DNA from: Schmidtea polychroa
Lineage: Eukaryota
Assembly: GCA_044892525.1 (NCBI GenBank)
Contig: CM097885.1
Coordinates: forward strand, 4,714,001 to 4,778,000
DNA: 64,000 nt
Direction: 5' to 3'
How positions within the stretch are numbered: position 1 is the first letter of the stretch; each line of letters opens with the position of its first letter. The translations under genes and the position numbers were made by a program. Below the pieces are notes generated by a model. That model saw only the letters and a program-made list of their open reading frames with translations. It did no database searches and was not told the DNA's origin. Positions 50,584-61,724 of this stretch are shown here, one piece after another.

Positions 50584-53500
50584 TTAAATATCGTTGAAAG
50601 CCAACCTTTGAATCATTAATTTATGATCTTTAAATTCTTTATCACTTAGACCTTTTATATATTCAGGATCAGTATTAAAATATTTAAGTTCTAAACATAT
50701 AGGATTAAAAACTTGAGAATATAAAGGCTTCTCGATTTCTCTCTCGGGATAAATGATTTCAACATTATAAATATCAAGATCAGTAATTTTTGTATCATAT
50801 AACTTATTCAACTTTTCTAGATTTTTTATTATCGGTATTAAATTATTTCCTATAGGAAGAGTTGTCTTTAAATCACTTAGGATGAATCTCTTATCATCAT
50901 AATTTGATAATGATACTTTTTGAGATTCTATCAAGTGAATATCATGGTTTTCGCTTTTAATCTGATGCACTTCATCAATTTTATCTTTATGATTTGGATT
51001 CAATGTATCTATATAATCTTGATGAGAAAGATTCTTTGCAACGGATTTCTGTATTCCTTTACATCTGTTATCCTTTACAGGTTTTTCTTCTTGTCCCTCT
51101 GGTCCTTTAGGGAATATAGGATATTTAAATGAAATAATTTCCTCTTTTTCTGGGGTTTTAAATATAATTTCTCGGGTTATAAATTCAGGGTTTTTAAATG
51201 TTTCGTATGAATATTGTTTAGCACGAATAAATATTCCATTTTCTATAAGAGTAAAAGGTTTTTCATCTTTAAATGAAAATAATTCTCCAGTTGAATTTAT
51301 TAAATTTGAAAGTATAGGATTTTCAGCTATATCTCTTTGTAAATCATGAGTTCTTATTGTTAAAAACATTGAATCTGTATCCATTGCATGCATTGATATA
51401 TTAGAACCATATATAGGTTGTAAGATGTTATAATATGTTTCATACATTTGTAATTTTGAAAGTTCTAAAATGAGTATATGAGTATATTTATCAACATTCT
51501 CCATTGTTTTCCCAAAGACTGAATTGTTTAAAAGTTTATAATTATTATCTTTAAAAAGGTTACCTTCTCTTTTTGCAATGTTTCGACATCTAATGTTCTC
51601 CTCGATAAAAGCTTTCATGAATGGCCTCTGTTTAAATCTTATGACACTATGAACTTTTTTTAATATCATACCTCGTGAAAGATAAAATTGGAGGAGTCTA
51701 TAGTGACAAAGATAAAACCTTCGATCTGTTTGATCACAAAGAAGTTTCATTGTTGGAGGTTTATCTTGTGAGATTTGCCATTCAGAAAGTTCGTTGATAT
51801 CAATCTTTCTTCTTACAGGAGCTAATGGGAAATATCTTGTTCCTGATTTTATATCATCTGGATATAATAAGTCACATTCTACAAAGTAACCTATTGGAGA
51901 ATCTTTAGGTGTTGAAAGTATTTCTTTTATAAGTTCTTTTGATGATTCTATTTTAATGAAATCACCCATTGGTAAATATTGAGTCATAATTCCTGAATAT
52001 AAAGCTGTTGCATCTATATAAAGTATAAATATAGGATATTTCATTGTTTCTAATATTTCTTTTAATTCCTCATTGTTAATTTTTATATATGGATCAGAGG
52101 TCTTTGAAAGCATCCTGCTAGTAGTTATTGCATTTCTAGCTTTTATTTCTCTATTCCCCATTACTGAAGAGACTCCTCCTCTAATGTTTGTTTTAATTAG
52201 ATTAAACATATCGAGGTTAGTTAAAAGATCTATAATTTTATCAGCTTCTTCTATATTTGAAGTCCAAATGGTATATAATAAAGTATCCCAAGCTAAAGAG
52301 GGTGCTGTTATATAATTGTAAGGTTTAAGAACAAAAGATTTTGTAAATTCTTCAAAGCAATCTGCTAGAATATAAACATCCAAGGATAAATACATACTTG
52401 TATATTCTCCTAAAGTTTTACACTTGAATAATTCCCACATTTTATTTGCTCGAGAATATTCTTGATTTGTAATATGATTTTTTTGAAGTTGTGAATAGAA
52501 ATCTTCTTGGCTAGGAAGACTTGTTTCATTATATCTTTCAAACGAGTCAACATAGTCATAAGGATATATTCCTTTTGCTAAACATGTAGGATATTCTTCT
52601 AGAGGAATATTATTTTTTTCCAAGAATTCTCGAGTGATTTTAAAATCTTCTGGTTTCATTGTTTTAGCTATTCCATCTAGAGACATTTGAAGAAAGTTTA
52701 ACGAGTCTATAAATTTTAATTTTCCATATTCAACTGATTTATATTTTTCCTTTGTAAGTCCTATAACTTTGAAAGAGTTTTTAGCATTTGCTGCTAAATG
52801 TTTAATAAATAGATGTATGTCATAACCAAAAAGATTATGAAATATAACAGGTACAAATTTAGGAGTATGATAATTAAGATTACAATTTTTATGAGCTGCT
52901 CCTCGATAATTATTTTCCTTTTTTAAATGATCATGATCGAGGACTTTTATATTCGGAGACTCTTCAAATGGTTGTTTACACATCCAATAGTTGGAAGTGT
53001 TTTCATATTCTTGTTGTTGTTGATTAGAAATATTTTGAGGATAGTTTGTTTTTAATACTTTAAATATTTCATGTTCTAGATCATTTATACTTTTAGTAAA
53101 ATGATTCAAGACTTCTGTTTCTGAAATTCCTCGAAATGTATATTCTCTAGATTCTATGAGTTCAGGATAATTACTTTTAAATAATAATTTATAAGCAGAT
53201 GGTAATTGTTTAGTTTTTTTAACACTATTAGGTTTATTCCTTTTTCTTAGAAAGGCTTTCATCCTCTCTGGTTTCATCTTCTCTCCTGAGGAGTTCCAGG
53301 AATCCATGAGTTTATTTTTTTCTATTATTTTTAAATATTGTTTAACCAAATCTTGTTTACGATTTATAGATTCAAAGTCCCCATAAAGCACTCCTACTGT
53401 TTGTAGTAAATTTGAAAAGTTTTTAAAATACATCTTGGGATTATTAGGCATTTTAATTAAAGCTGGATCATCTTTTTCACAAAATCTTGTATGTTTAATC

Positions 53501-54744
53501 ATAGAGTTTTTAGTTGTTGAATAATGAAGACATCTTTTACATGTTCCTCCTCCACTAGTTGGATTCTCTGGTGATGTAAAAGCTTGAAAGTTTTTTATTA
53601 AAACATAATGTTGATTATTTTGTTGTTCCAAGATTAAAAGATATATCTCCCTAGTGTTATCCTGGGGTTCATTATCTCTAACTTCATAATCTGAAATATA
53701 AATTGGAATAATTTCTCTGCTATTAACATGTTTCCCTTTAACACGTTCATAAATATTAATTTTAAGATTATTTAAACTTTCAAATTTTGGAATGTCTTCT
53801 TGTTTCATTGGATGTTTGAATCCTTTGGGAAATATTAATTCATTTTCATATTGTTTGTATTTTGAAACTCTTTGAGGGTTTGATTCTTGAGGATGTAAAT
53901 GTGCAAGTATTGACCAGATGAAACATTTGTTATCATTATTCTGTATGTTTATAACATTTTTAGATTTAAAGGGTGTAGGAATATAAGATTTAGGATTAGG
54001 TGGTAATCCGCTCCAATAATCAATCACTAAAGTTTGGAAAGAGTTGAATACTAAGTTTGAATCTCCTAATTCATTTTCAACCTCTTTTTGTTTTGCTTCT
54101 ACTGCTTGAATTATTTCTTTGATGGTTTTATCAAATCCTTTAGTTGAAAATAAATATTTAAAGGGTATTCCAATTTCAACATCTAAAGGTGTTGTCTTTT
54201 CTTCTGCTCCTCGCCAGTATTTTGCTTTGATTATAATTTTATATTTTATAACATTATACCTTGTCGGTTTATAATTTTTTAAAGCTTCAGTGAAAGAATT
54301 TTTAATATTTTTTTTATTTTTATTTATATATTCTCCAGGAGTTATAGGTCCATTGATTTCTAATTGAAATTCATCTACATGATTAAAATCATCCCAGTTA
54401 TATTTTTCTCTTTCAACATGATCAGGTTCTCCTTCTGAATGACATTCCTCATCGTCAGAATTTTGTTTTTTATTTTTACATTCTTTTATATGTTCTAAAT
54501 AATAGAAATTTACCTTTGTTGAAAAGTTACAGTGAGAACATGTAAATATTTCTCTATTTTTCCCGATACAATTTTCAAAATGTTTAATATATCCAGAATG
54601 TAGAAATCTTCCTTTACATTTAGGACAAACTTTTGAATTTGTATCATTAAGATTGTTTTCTTTTAATAAATGAGCTTTCGATTTTAAGTGAGAAATTAAT
54701 CCAGTTTTATTTTTAAAAACTTTATTACAAATATTACAATTCAT
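50584..54744 (-). CDS. Protein-primed family B DNA polymerase with N-terminal C2H2 fingers and endonuclease VII-like insert; 52-codon internal deletion
   Basis: YGDFES, DHDH...RGAAH..CN, FHNL.GYD, YIDATALY, KLLNNSVFGK, MDTDS, KGI, DDKR. Confidence 0.95.
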   Translation of the reverse strand: MNCNICNKVFKNKTGLISHLKSKAHLLKENNLNDTNSKVCPKCKGRFLHSGYIKHFENCIGKNREIFTCSHCNFSTKVNFYYLEHIKECKNKKQNSDDEECHSEGEPDHVEREKYNWDDFNHVDEFQLEINGPITPGEYINKNKKNIKNSFTEALKNYKPTRYNVIKYKIIIKAKYWRGAEEKTTPLDVEIGIPFKYLFSTKGFDKTIKEIIQAVEAKQKEVENELGDSNLVFNSFQTLVIDYWSGLPPNPKSYIPTPFKSKNVINIQNNDNKCFIWSILAHLHPQESNPQRVSKYKQYENELIFPKGFKHPMKQEDIPKFESLNNLKINIYERVKGKHVNSREIIPIYISDYEVRDNEPQDNTREIYLLILEQQNNQHYVLIKNFQAFTSPENPTSGGGTCKRCLHYSTTKNSMIKHTRFCEKDDPALIKMPNNPKMYFKNFSNLLQTVGVLYGDFESINRKQDLVKQYLKIIEKNKLMDSWNSSGEKMKPERMKAFLRKRNKPNSVKKTKQLPSAYKLLFKSNYPELIESREYTFRGISETEVLNHFTKSINDLEHEIFKVLKTNYPQNISNQQQQEYENTSNYWMCKQPFEESPNIKVLDHDHLKKENNYRGAAHKNCNLNYHTPKFVPVIFHNLFGYDIHLFIKHLAANAKNSFKVIGLTKEKYKSVEYGKLKFIDSLNFLQMSLDGIAKTMKPEDFKITREFLEKNNIPLEEYPTCLAKGIYPYDYVDSFERYNETSLPSQEDFYSQLQKNHITNQEYSRANKMWELFKCKTLGEYTSMYLSLDVYILADCFEEFTKSFVLKPYNYITAPSLAWDTLLYTIWTSNIEEADKIIDLLTNLDMFNLIKTNIRGGVSSVMGNREIKARNAITTSRMLSKTSDPYIKINNEELKEILETMKYPIFILYIDATALYSGIMTQYLPMGDFIKIESSKELIKEILSTPKDSPIGYFVECDLLYPDDIKSGTRYFPLAPVRRKIDINELSEWQISQDKPPTMKLLCDQTDRRFYLCHYRLLQFYLSRGMILKKVHSVIRFKQRPFMKAFIEENIRCRNIAKREGNLFKDNNYKLLNNSVFGKTMENVDKYTHILILELSKLQMYETYYNILQPIYGSNISMHAMDTDSMFLTIRTHDLQRDIAENPILSNLINSTGELFSFKDEKPFTLIENGIFIRAKQYSYETFKNPEFITREIIFKTPEKEEIISFKYPIFPKGPEGQEEKPVKDNRCKGIQKSVAKNLSHQDYIDTLNPNHKDKIDEVHQIKSENHDIHLIESQKVSLSNYDDKRFILSDLKTTLPIGNNLIPIIKNLEKLNKLYDTKITDLDIYNVEIIYPEREIEKPLYSQVFNPICLELKYFNTDPEYIKGLSDKEFKDHKLMIQRLAFNDI

Positions 54745-54843
54745 TTTTAGAAAAAAATTTTTTATTGGATATCCTGTTTTGATTTTTTATGTTTTTATAT
54801 TTATTTTCATAATGTGACAGTATAAAAAATAACAAAAGTCCAA

Positions 54844-54924
54844 ACCTAGATAGCGCAGTGGGCTAGACCGGCACCGTGGTTCAAATGGATAGCGGTTCAA
54901 ATCCTAACTGTGGTTAGTTTTTTT
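54844..54924 (+). ncRNA. Candidate RNA polymerase III (type 2 promoter) small RNA, tRNA-like
   Basis: A box TAGCGCAGTGG 54851..54861, B box GGTTCAAATCC 54894..54904, T7 tract 54918..54924; GC-rich island in AT-rich spacer; cloverleaf imperfect. Confidence 0.55.
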
Positions 54925-55038
54925 CAACATAAAATAATATTAAAAATTTGAAAATAATAGTGTGGGTATCTTAGTTGTATATTTTATTTATTTTATTTAT
55001 TTTATTTATTTTATTTATTTTATTTATTTTATTTTTAA

Positions 55039-55756
55039 ACATAAATATGAAAAAAAAATTATTGAAACGGGTGATGGTGGCGAACCGGTAATTATCGCCA
55101 CCTGTCTTTCGAACACCCCGGATCGATTCTTTAATGTGCACATTTATTTCTCAGTTGTTTTCGGACCTCTTTCGGATTCACTTTCGAATTCATTTGTACT
55201 TTCGAGCAGCACGCTTAAAACGCCGATGAAATCGTATTCGAGCGAGAAGCGAATAATAAGGTGTGCTGCTATTATCGGATTGATTCTGATGTATGAGTCT
55301 GGCCAGCTTGTATATTAGAAGAGATTTGATAAACGAAAGGGGTTGAAATGATCCGGATCAAAAAAAACTGTTGAGGGGACAGTGAAAAAAAAAATGCCAC
55401 TGTCCCCTCAGAGCAGTTTTACTATTTTTCATTTATTTTTTAATTTATATAATTTAAAATCAATAATCTGATAAAGATCAACTCCGAAGTTTGATTGCGA
55501 TCAAAAGTAGTGTGTATATAGCCCTAACCCAAATAGCCCTCTAACTTTTTCATAATGCCATTTTCTTTTCTATTCTCTTTTTAGTTTGAAGCTTTTGAGT
55601 TTGAGGCTTGAAAGATTAAGGGTGGTTGTTGTTTAAAATATGGGGTTAAAATACTATAAAAGTATAAGTTTTGGGTTGTTTTCTAATGGTTTAAGCGTAA
55701 TGGAGGTATGTTTTTGTTGGGAGGGTTGTGTTGGTTGGGTATATATACACAGTACT
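55039..55756 (-). repeat. Right TIR of A2 (718 bp)
   Basis: Reverse complement of 34308..35025. Confidence 0.95.
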
Positions 55757-55836
55757 GGTTAGGTCGTATCATCAATAGATAGAGATTATTATTATTATTG
55801 CCAAAGTTATTTTAGAAGTTTTATTATTATTATTAA

Positions 55837-55921
<85 letters not shown>

Positions 55922-55958
55922 TTCAAAGTTCTATTATTTTAATCAGATATATAGTTGC

Positions 55959-56357
55959 ATGGACATGCTGAATAGGGAATGCATTGAAACAAAAAAGTTT
56001 TATTTTAACCGAATATTCGATTGTCTATGCGATGAAGAAATGAAGTGAACTCGAATAATTGTAGGATTCACTTATATGAAAATTATCATCGAAAAACGTT
56101 TATGGGACTCAGCACATTACTATCAGTGGTCTCAAGAAGTAAGTTTTCTTTTATAATCTATATATTTTAATAATATTCGTTTTGAGTCCAAGTTTCCCCC
56201 TTGGATAGAAGCCAATGGTGGATGGGGTATATTAAATCAACTCGCCCGAAATGCCAAGGAAATGGACAAGCATAAAAGAAAGTTTTAAAACTATATTAAA
56301 CTTGCAACAGATGTTGCTATTTTGTATGTTATTTGTCGATTTTTAAATAAAAATTAA
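55959..56357 (+). pseudogene. Bcl-2 family-like pseudogene fragment
   Basis: EEMK*TRIIVGF (BH1-like, W>stop at 56046), phase-0 48-nt intron 56139..56186, PWIEANGGW (BH2-like), frameshifted hydrophobic tail. Confidence 0.55.
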
Positions 56358-57079
56358 TATAGTTATGTTGTTTTATTTTTAAAATAAACATACAAGAAAC
56401 AATTAACTAAAATCTATTAATTAATACATTCGCAATCGTCATCTCCACATTTCATAACATTTTCAACGACATGATCTATGCAATCGTTGCAATCGTTATC
56501 ATTCGTAATATTTTCCATATCTTTACGTTCCTCTATAGGTTCATAGATTTCCTCATCAATTTCTTGGGTTTCGTCAGTTTCTTGAGTATCTTCGGTTTCT
56601 TCAACTTCCTGATCATCAAATCCTGAATCTTGACTCTCAACTACCCAGCCTATATTTAATGCATTTGTAACAGATACTGTGTCCTCCATTTTTACCCCAG
56701 CTATTTCTGCTAATTTTTCCAACAAAAGGTTGATTACAAATTCTAAATAATAAATAATTCGGAATAATATAATAATATAATAACATAATTCGTTAGGAGT
56801 TTTAGCTGATATTATAAATTATTTTTTCTACTTTTTGTAGTGAAGAAAATTCCATTTTCTGTATGTATATAAGAATAATGAAACGCTATCATTTTCCTTT
56901 GGACAATGTAAGCAATTTATTAATGAAATTACTTAATTGATAATTATTATGAATGAATTGATGTTTCATATTACATATTGATTATTACATAAATGCAATG
57001 AATCCGGCACTAACGGTAATAGTAACCAATTTGGTAATCAGAGGTTTCAATACGCCTTAAAGGGAAACATTATTATTAC

Positions 57080-57105
<26 letters not shown>

Positions 57106-57110
<5 letters not shown>

Positions 57111-57624
57111 GAATAAATCCAAGAAACTGAATAACAATTTTATTAGCATCTACAGGGCCACGTGGATCAGTTTTGAATATTAACAGTTTGTCCATTTCAA
57201 TATCATAAGATAATGCCATCGTTGAACGAAATTGAATGAAATCAAGACCTAATGGTCGCATCTCAGCCGATTGGGTATAGAGCTGATTAATATCCGCAAT
57301 AGAACGACATATTATGTCACACGGCATTGCATATCCAATTTTAGATTTAAATCGAGCTGCTTCCACTTGTGCACGACAGACTTGAGATCGACAATCAGGG
57401 ATCATACCAATCATAACACCTCCAGTACTTTCAGTAATATTAAACAATCTTGTGGCTGAACTCTTCTCAATCATTTTATCTGGAACTTTTCTTTGTGTAG
57501 CTACTACACCACAATTATTGCCTCGAATACCAACGGAATGCAATCCATCCAATGCCATTGCCTTAAATGCATATTCGACTTGGAATAATCTCTTTTCAGT
57601 TGTCAAAACAATCTTCGCTTCCAT
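57106..57624 (-). pseudogene. PSMA6: Proteasome subunit alpha type-6, intronless truncated copy
   Basis: RLFQVEYAFKA, ATQRKVPDK, ADINQLYTQSAEMRPLG; N-terminal motif degenerate, C-terminus lost into an AAT tract. Confidence 0.8.
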
Positions 57625-57879
57625 ATTTCCGATTTAAAAAATCCACCCTTCCAGAATTCCAAAATTTACAAGTAAAACAAAAAACCACCAAAATTAATAA
57701 GTTCTACAAAACAATAATTCATATAAAAAATTACAATAACCCAAGAACTTACCTACTTCTCGCGTCTGTGTGTGCACACCAACAATACTCGATCAAATCA
57801 GACCGCGCACACAGACGCGATATAAAAAACGCTCAACGAACTGCCAGTCAGAGGCAATCCCCCTCTGACTGATCGAAAC

Positions 57880-58313
<434 letters not shown>

Positions 58314-58524
58314 TGGATACTTGTTCTTTATGAAAAGTAGTTATAAAATAATTATATACATAAGAATAAAAACGAACAAATCATAATTTACCAAAGGAAA
58401 GTCCCATCATTCGCTAAGGGAATTTCTTTAATCTCCTCTCCTCCAATGGAATCCTAAGAAATTGTCTCATTATTTCCCGCCAGTTAGTAAAATTCAACAC
58501 ATTTAATTCGATCTCCAAGAAAAT

Positions 58525-59913
58525 ATGAACAATAGGCAAAAATTAATTTTCCTCGTGTTTCTAGTGTATAAAACATCAGAATCTTTGTTTCAACCGTCGA
58601 TTAGATTATACATCTATGAGACTGTAGGACACATCTTGGCCAGAAGGAATGAATCGGAGGGGTACTTGAAGGATAATTTGGATTTGATAAATTTACAATA
58701 TGTCAACCCGTTGGAGATCGAGAATGAGGTACAGCGCTCGGCGGCGAATTACATTATTGCTTACAGAACTTTGATTAATATACCGGCGGCCATTTTGACG
58801 ATTTATTGGGGTGGTTGGAGCGATAAATTCGGCAGAAAGGTTCCGTTAATATTACCTTGTATCGGAGCAATAGTCAGTTGCTGCATATTTAGTCTAGCCT
58901 TAGAGAAGACTGTCAAAGGTACGATAGTTGCCATTGGAGTGATAATGATGGCAGTACTCATATACGGATTTTTCGGTAAGAGCGCACTATTAACAATGAG
59001 TTGCAACAGCTACGTCGTGGACTGCTCAACTTCTGCGGAGAGAACGACTCTATTGAGTAGATTGTTAGGAATGAACTTTTTAGGTATATTCTTCGGGTCT
59101 TTTCTTGTTGGATTAATATCAAAATACGCTAGTTTCTCTGCAGTTCTTTTAACAATTAGTCTGAGTTGCGGATTTCTCGTAGTTTTGATAGTATTTGTCA
59201 TTCCAGAAACCATCAAATTGGAGGAAGAGAAGGAGCTCATACCGAATGAAGAAACATGTCTATCCAAGCCGGAATCCAAAAATATAAAATTAAAGAATTA
59301 TTTGTGGTATTTCTTTACTAGAAGCCGAAAAGGGGAAAATAGGAAATATTTGATTTGGTTATTTTTAGCGATTTTTTGGAATCAGACTGCCAAGGCGGGG
59401 GAGCAGGATGTGATCCTATTATATGTAAAACATTCCCCAATGAATTGGTCTGATGAAATGTATGGGTATTATTTAGCTACTTATTACGGTTGCATGGGGT
59501 TGAATTTGATATTTATTCTACCATTGATAGAGAGATTTTTCCCTCTGTCAGACACGGTTTTAATTCTCATTGGGATATCCATGAAAGCATTCCGGTTGAT
59601 CATGATGGGATCGACATTTGTCCAATGGCAGATATTTCTATCTGCTGTAATAGGAAGCTCGGCTGGCATGATTGTCGCAGTTACGAAATCTTTATTGAGC
59701 AAAATTTGTGAGGATGACGAAATTGGAGTGACGTTCGCCATAACATCGGCAATGGAAGCGTTTTCAAGCTTGATCGGTCCAACAATTTTCAATTTATTAT
59801 ATGAAGCCACCATGGACATGTACATTGGAACGATATTCTACATCGACGCCTGTTTGCAATTCTGTTTCTTGATTGGTTTCATTAAATTGCATTTTTACTT
59901 GGCCAAAGGCTGA
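58525..59913 (+). CDS. MFS transporter, SLC46 (PCFT-like) family, single exon
   Basis: 462 aa, multiple hydrophobic helices, GGWSDKFGRK motif A, LLSK...DE.G..F pattern. Confidence 0.88.
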   Translation: MNNRQKLIFLVFLVYKTSESLFQPSIRLYIYETVGHILARRNESEGYLKDNLDLINLQYVNPLEIENEVQRSAANYIIAYRTLINIPAAILTIYWGGWSDKFGRKVPLILPCIGAIVSCCIFSLALEKTVKGTIVAIGVIMMAVLIYGFFGKSALLTMSCNSYVVDCSTSAERTTLLSRLLGMNFLGIFFGSFLVGLISKYASFSAVLLTISLSCGFLVVLIVFVIPETIKLEEEKELIPNEETCLSKPESKNIKLKNYLWYFFTRSRKGENRKYLIWLFLAIFWNQTAKAGEQDVILLYVKHSPMNWSDEMYGYYLATYYGCMGLNLIFILPLIERFFPLSDTVLILIGISMKAFRLIMMGSTFVQWQIFLSAVIGSSAGMIVAVTKSLLSKICEDDEIGVTFAITSAMEAFSSLIGPTIFNLLYEATMDMYIGTIFYIDACLQFCFLIGFIKLHFYLAKG

Positions 59914-59992
59914 AAGGTCTCTCAACATTGAATGGACAAGATTCTATTTCACATGTTTCAAATAATAATATAAAGTTCAGAAATCAAAATTG

Positions 59993-60080
<88 letters not shown>

Positions 60081-60559
60081 TTATTATTTTTATTATTATT
60101 ATTATTCAATTATAAGAAAGTGCCACTCAAACATTCGTTTTACTATATATTTTGAAAGTTTACCTGTCTTAGCCAGGTAGCATAGAATTATCAGAGAAAT
60201 TATAGATTTTTGAATAAATTTATTAATTATATTAATTTTATCATAATTTTAATAAAAAATTTTATTCTATAAAAATTATAAAAATTATATTTAAAATAAA
60301 AACTAATTTTTTAGATAGTTCCAATTAAAAAAATAAAAATTTTAAATTATAAAAATATAATAATTTAATAATTTTTTAATTTAATAACAATCCATATATA
60401 AATTTATAATTTATAATAAAAACTATTTAATAAACATTTAAAACACAAGTAATCACTACAATTTGCACGTTAATTTTCGGATTCAATGACTTTGTCAATA
60501 ACGCTCACAAATTACATGTTTCCTATAATTATTTAAATTTTTTAATAACATATTTAAAT

Positions 60560-61345
60560 CAGACATACCTGTTTTTCTCTTACAGCACTTATTGTGCTAA
60601 CTAATATTGGTTAAGGCATTTGGTCTATAATGTTCTCAAGCTCGAATACATAGATGACGGGAAGTCTGTCCAATGTATATGGCATTATACCCATCACATG
60701 CAAATTGATACACGAGATCAGAACACAATCCAACAGGAGTTTTAGATTTATTAATAAACATATTGCGTACTTTTATGAATTTGACACAATCTTATAATTT
60801 AAATTCCCGAACTGCTTACTTATCTTTGTTTTACAATCTGTAAAACATTCTGAGTACGGCTATCCCAACACAAATTTAGGCTCATCATCCTTGCAATCAC
60901 TATTTAATTTATTTAACTTATTATCAAGCTCACCCACACCAACAAAATCACAATAAAACTTTCTAAAACACAGATCCTTGGGATTTTTAATAAATTTGTC
61001 AACAGTCTCATTTACGAGAAATAATAAAAATTATTTTCAAAAACCACTCTTCATTAACAATTCAACCAATTTATCAATACTTTTTGCTGAATTTACAAAT
61101 GTAGAAGATAAAGATCAAGAACAATAAATCTATGCCTTCAACATACTTATCTTATACTTGAATTCGCAAAAACTTTCGGACGAAGTATAGAGACCAGTTT
61201 CAGTTGGTTTCCTATAAATCTCTATCTCATAATGTTTCTATTTGCGTTGTATTAACAAATTCATGAAAGCAAGTGATGATTTTTTCTCCATTTCACATGT
61301 AAATACAATGTTTTTTATGTAGACATATAATGCAAAAAAGGCTAA
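60560..61345 (-). pseudogene. Degraded Penelope-like reverse transcriptase C-terminal remnant
   Basis: Minus strand IVFTCEMEK..SLAF and IEIYRKPT.TG resemble the F.T.E.E...L.FLD and YRKPT motifs; many stops. Confidence 0.55.
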
Positions 61346-61386
61346 ACATGCCTCTGATTTTCAGATTTTGGGAAAATATAGATTAT

Positions 61387-61692
61387 TAAGATTAAGTGAA
61401 TTAAATGTTGGAGAAAATGATGGAGAAGATGAGGAAGAATTAAATGAAGATTTTGGAGAAGATGACATCGATATCGATGACGTTATTTTGTCCGATGAGG
61501 ACTAATTTTATTGAATAAATTTTATATCTTTACATTTGTTATTTGGTAAATTTTTATGTTTGTTATGTGTCTAGTTCATTTTTATGTGTTTAGTTAATGT
61601 TTATATGTTTTGTTATGTGTCTAGTTATTTTTATGTGTTTAGTTAATTTTTTATGTGTTGTATAGTATTTGGTTGATATATTATTAATATTA

Positions 61693-61724
<32 letters not shown>

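Noticed and set aside
54844..54924. Functional tRNA gene
   Set aside because: Acceptor and T stems do not pair fully; retained only as a Pol III-type candidate
54962..55318. ORF recurring at 19046, 34746 and 54962
   Set aside because: Recurs only because it lies in the TIR; no ATG context or recognisable motif
56417..56725. Acidic 102-aa ORF
   Set aside because: Could be a terminal exon (TTTAG acceptor near 56742), but it has no recognisable domain or upstream exon, so it was not called
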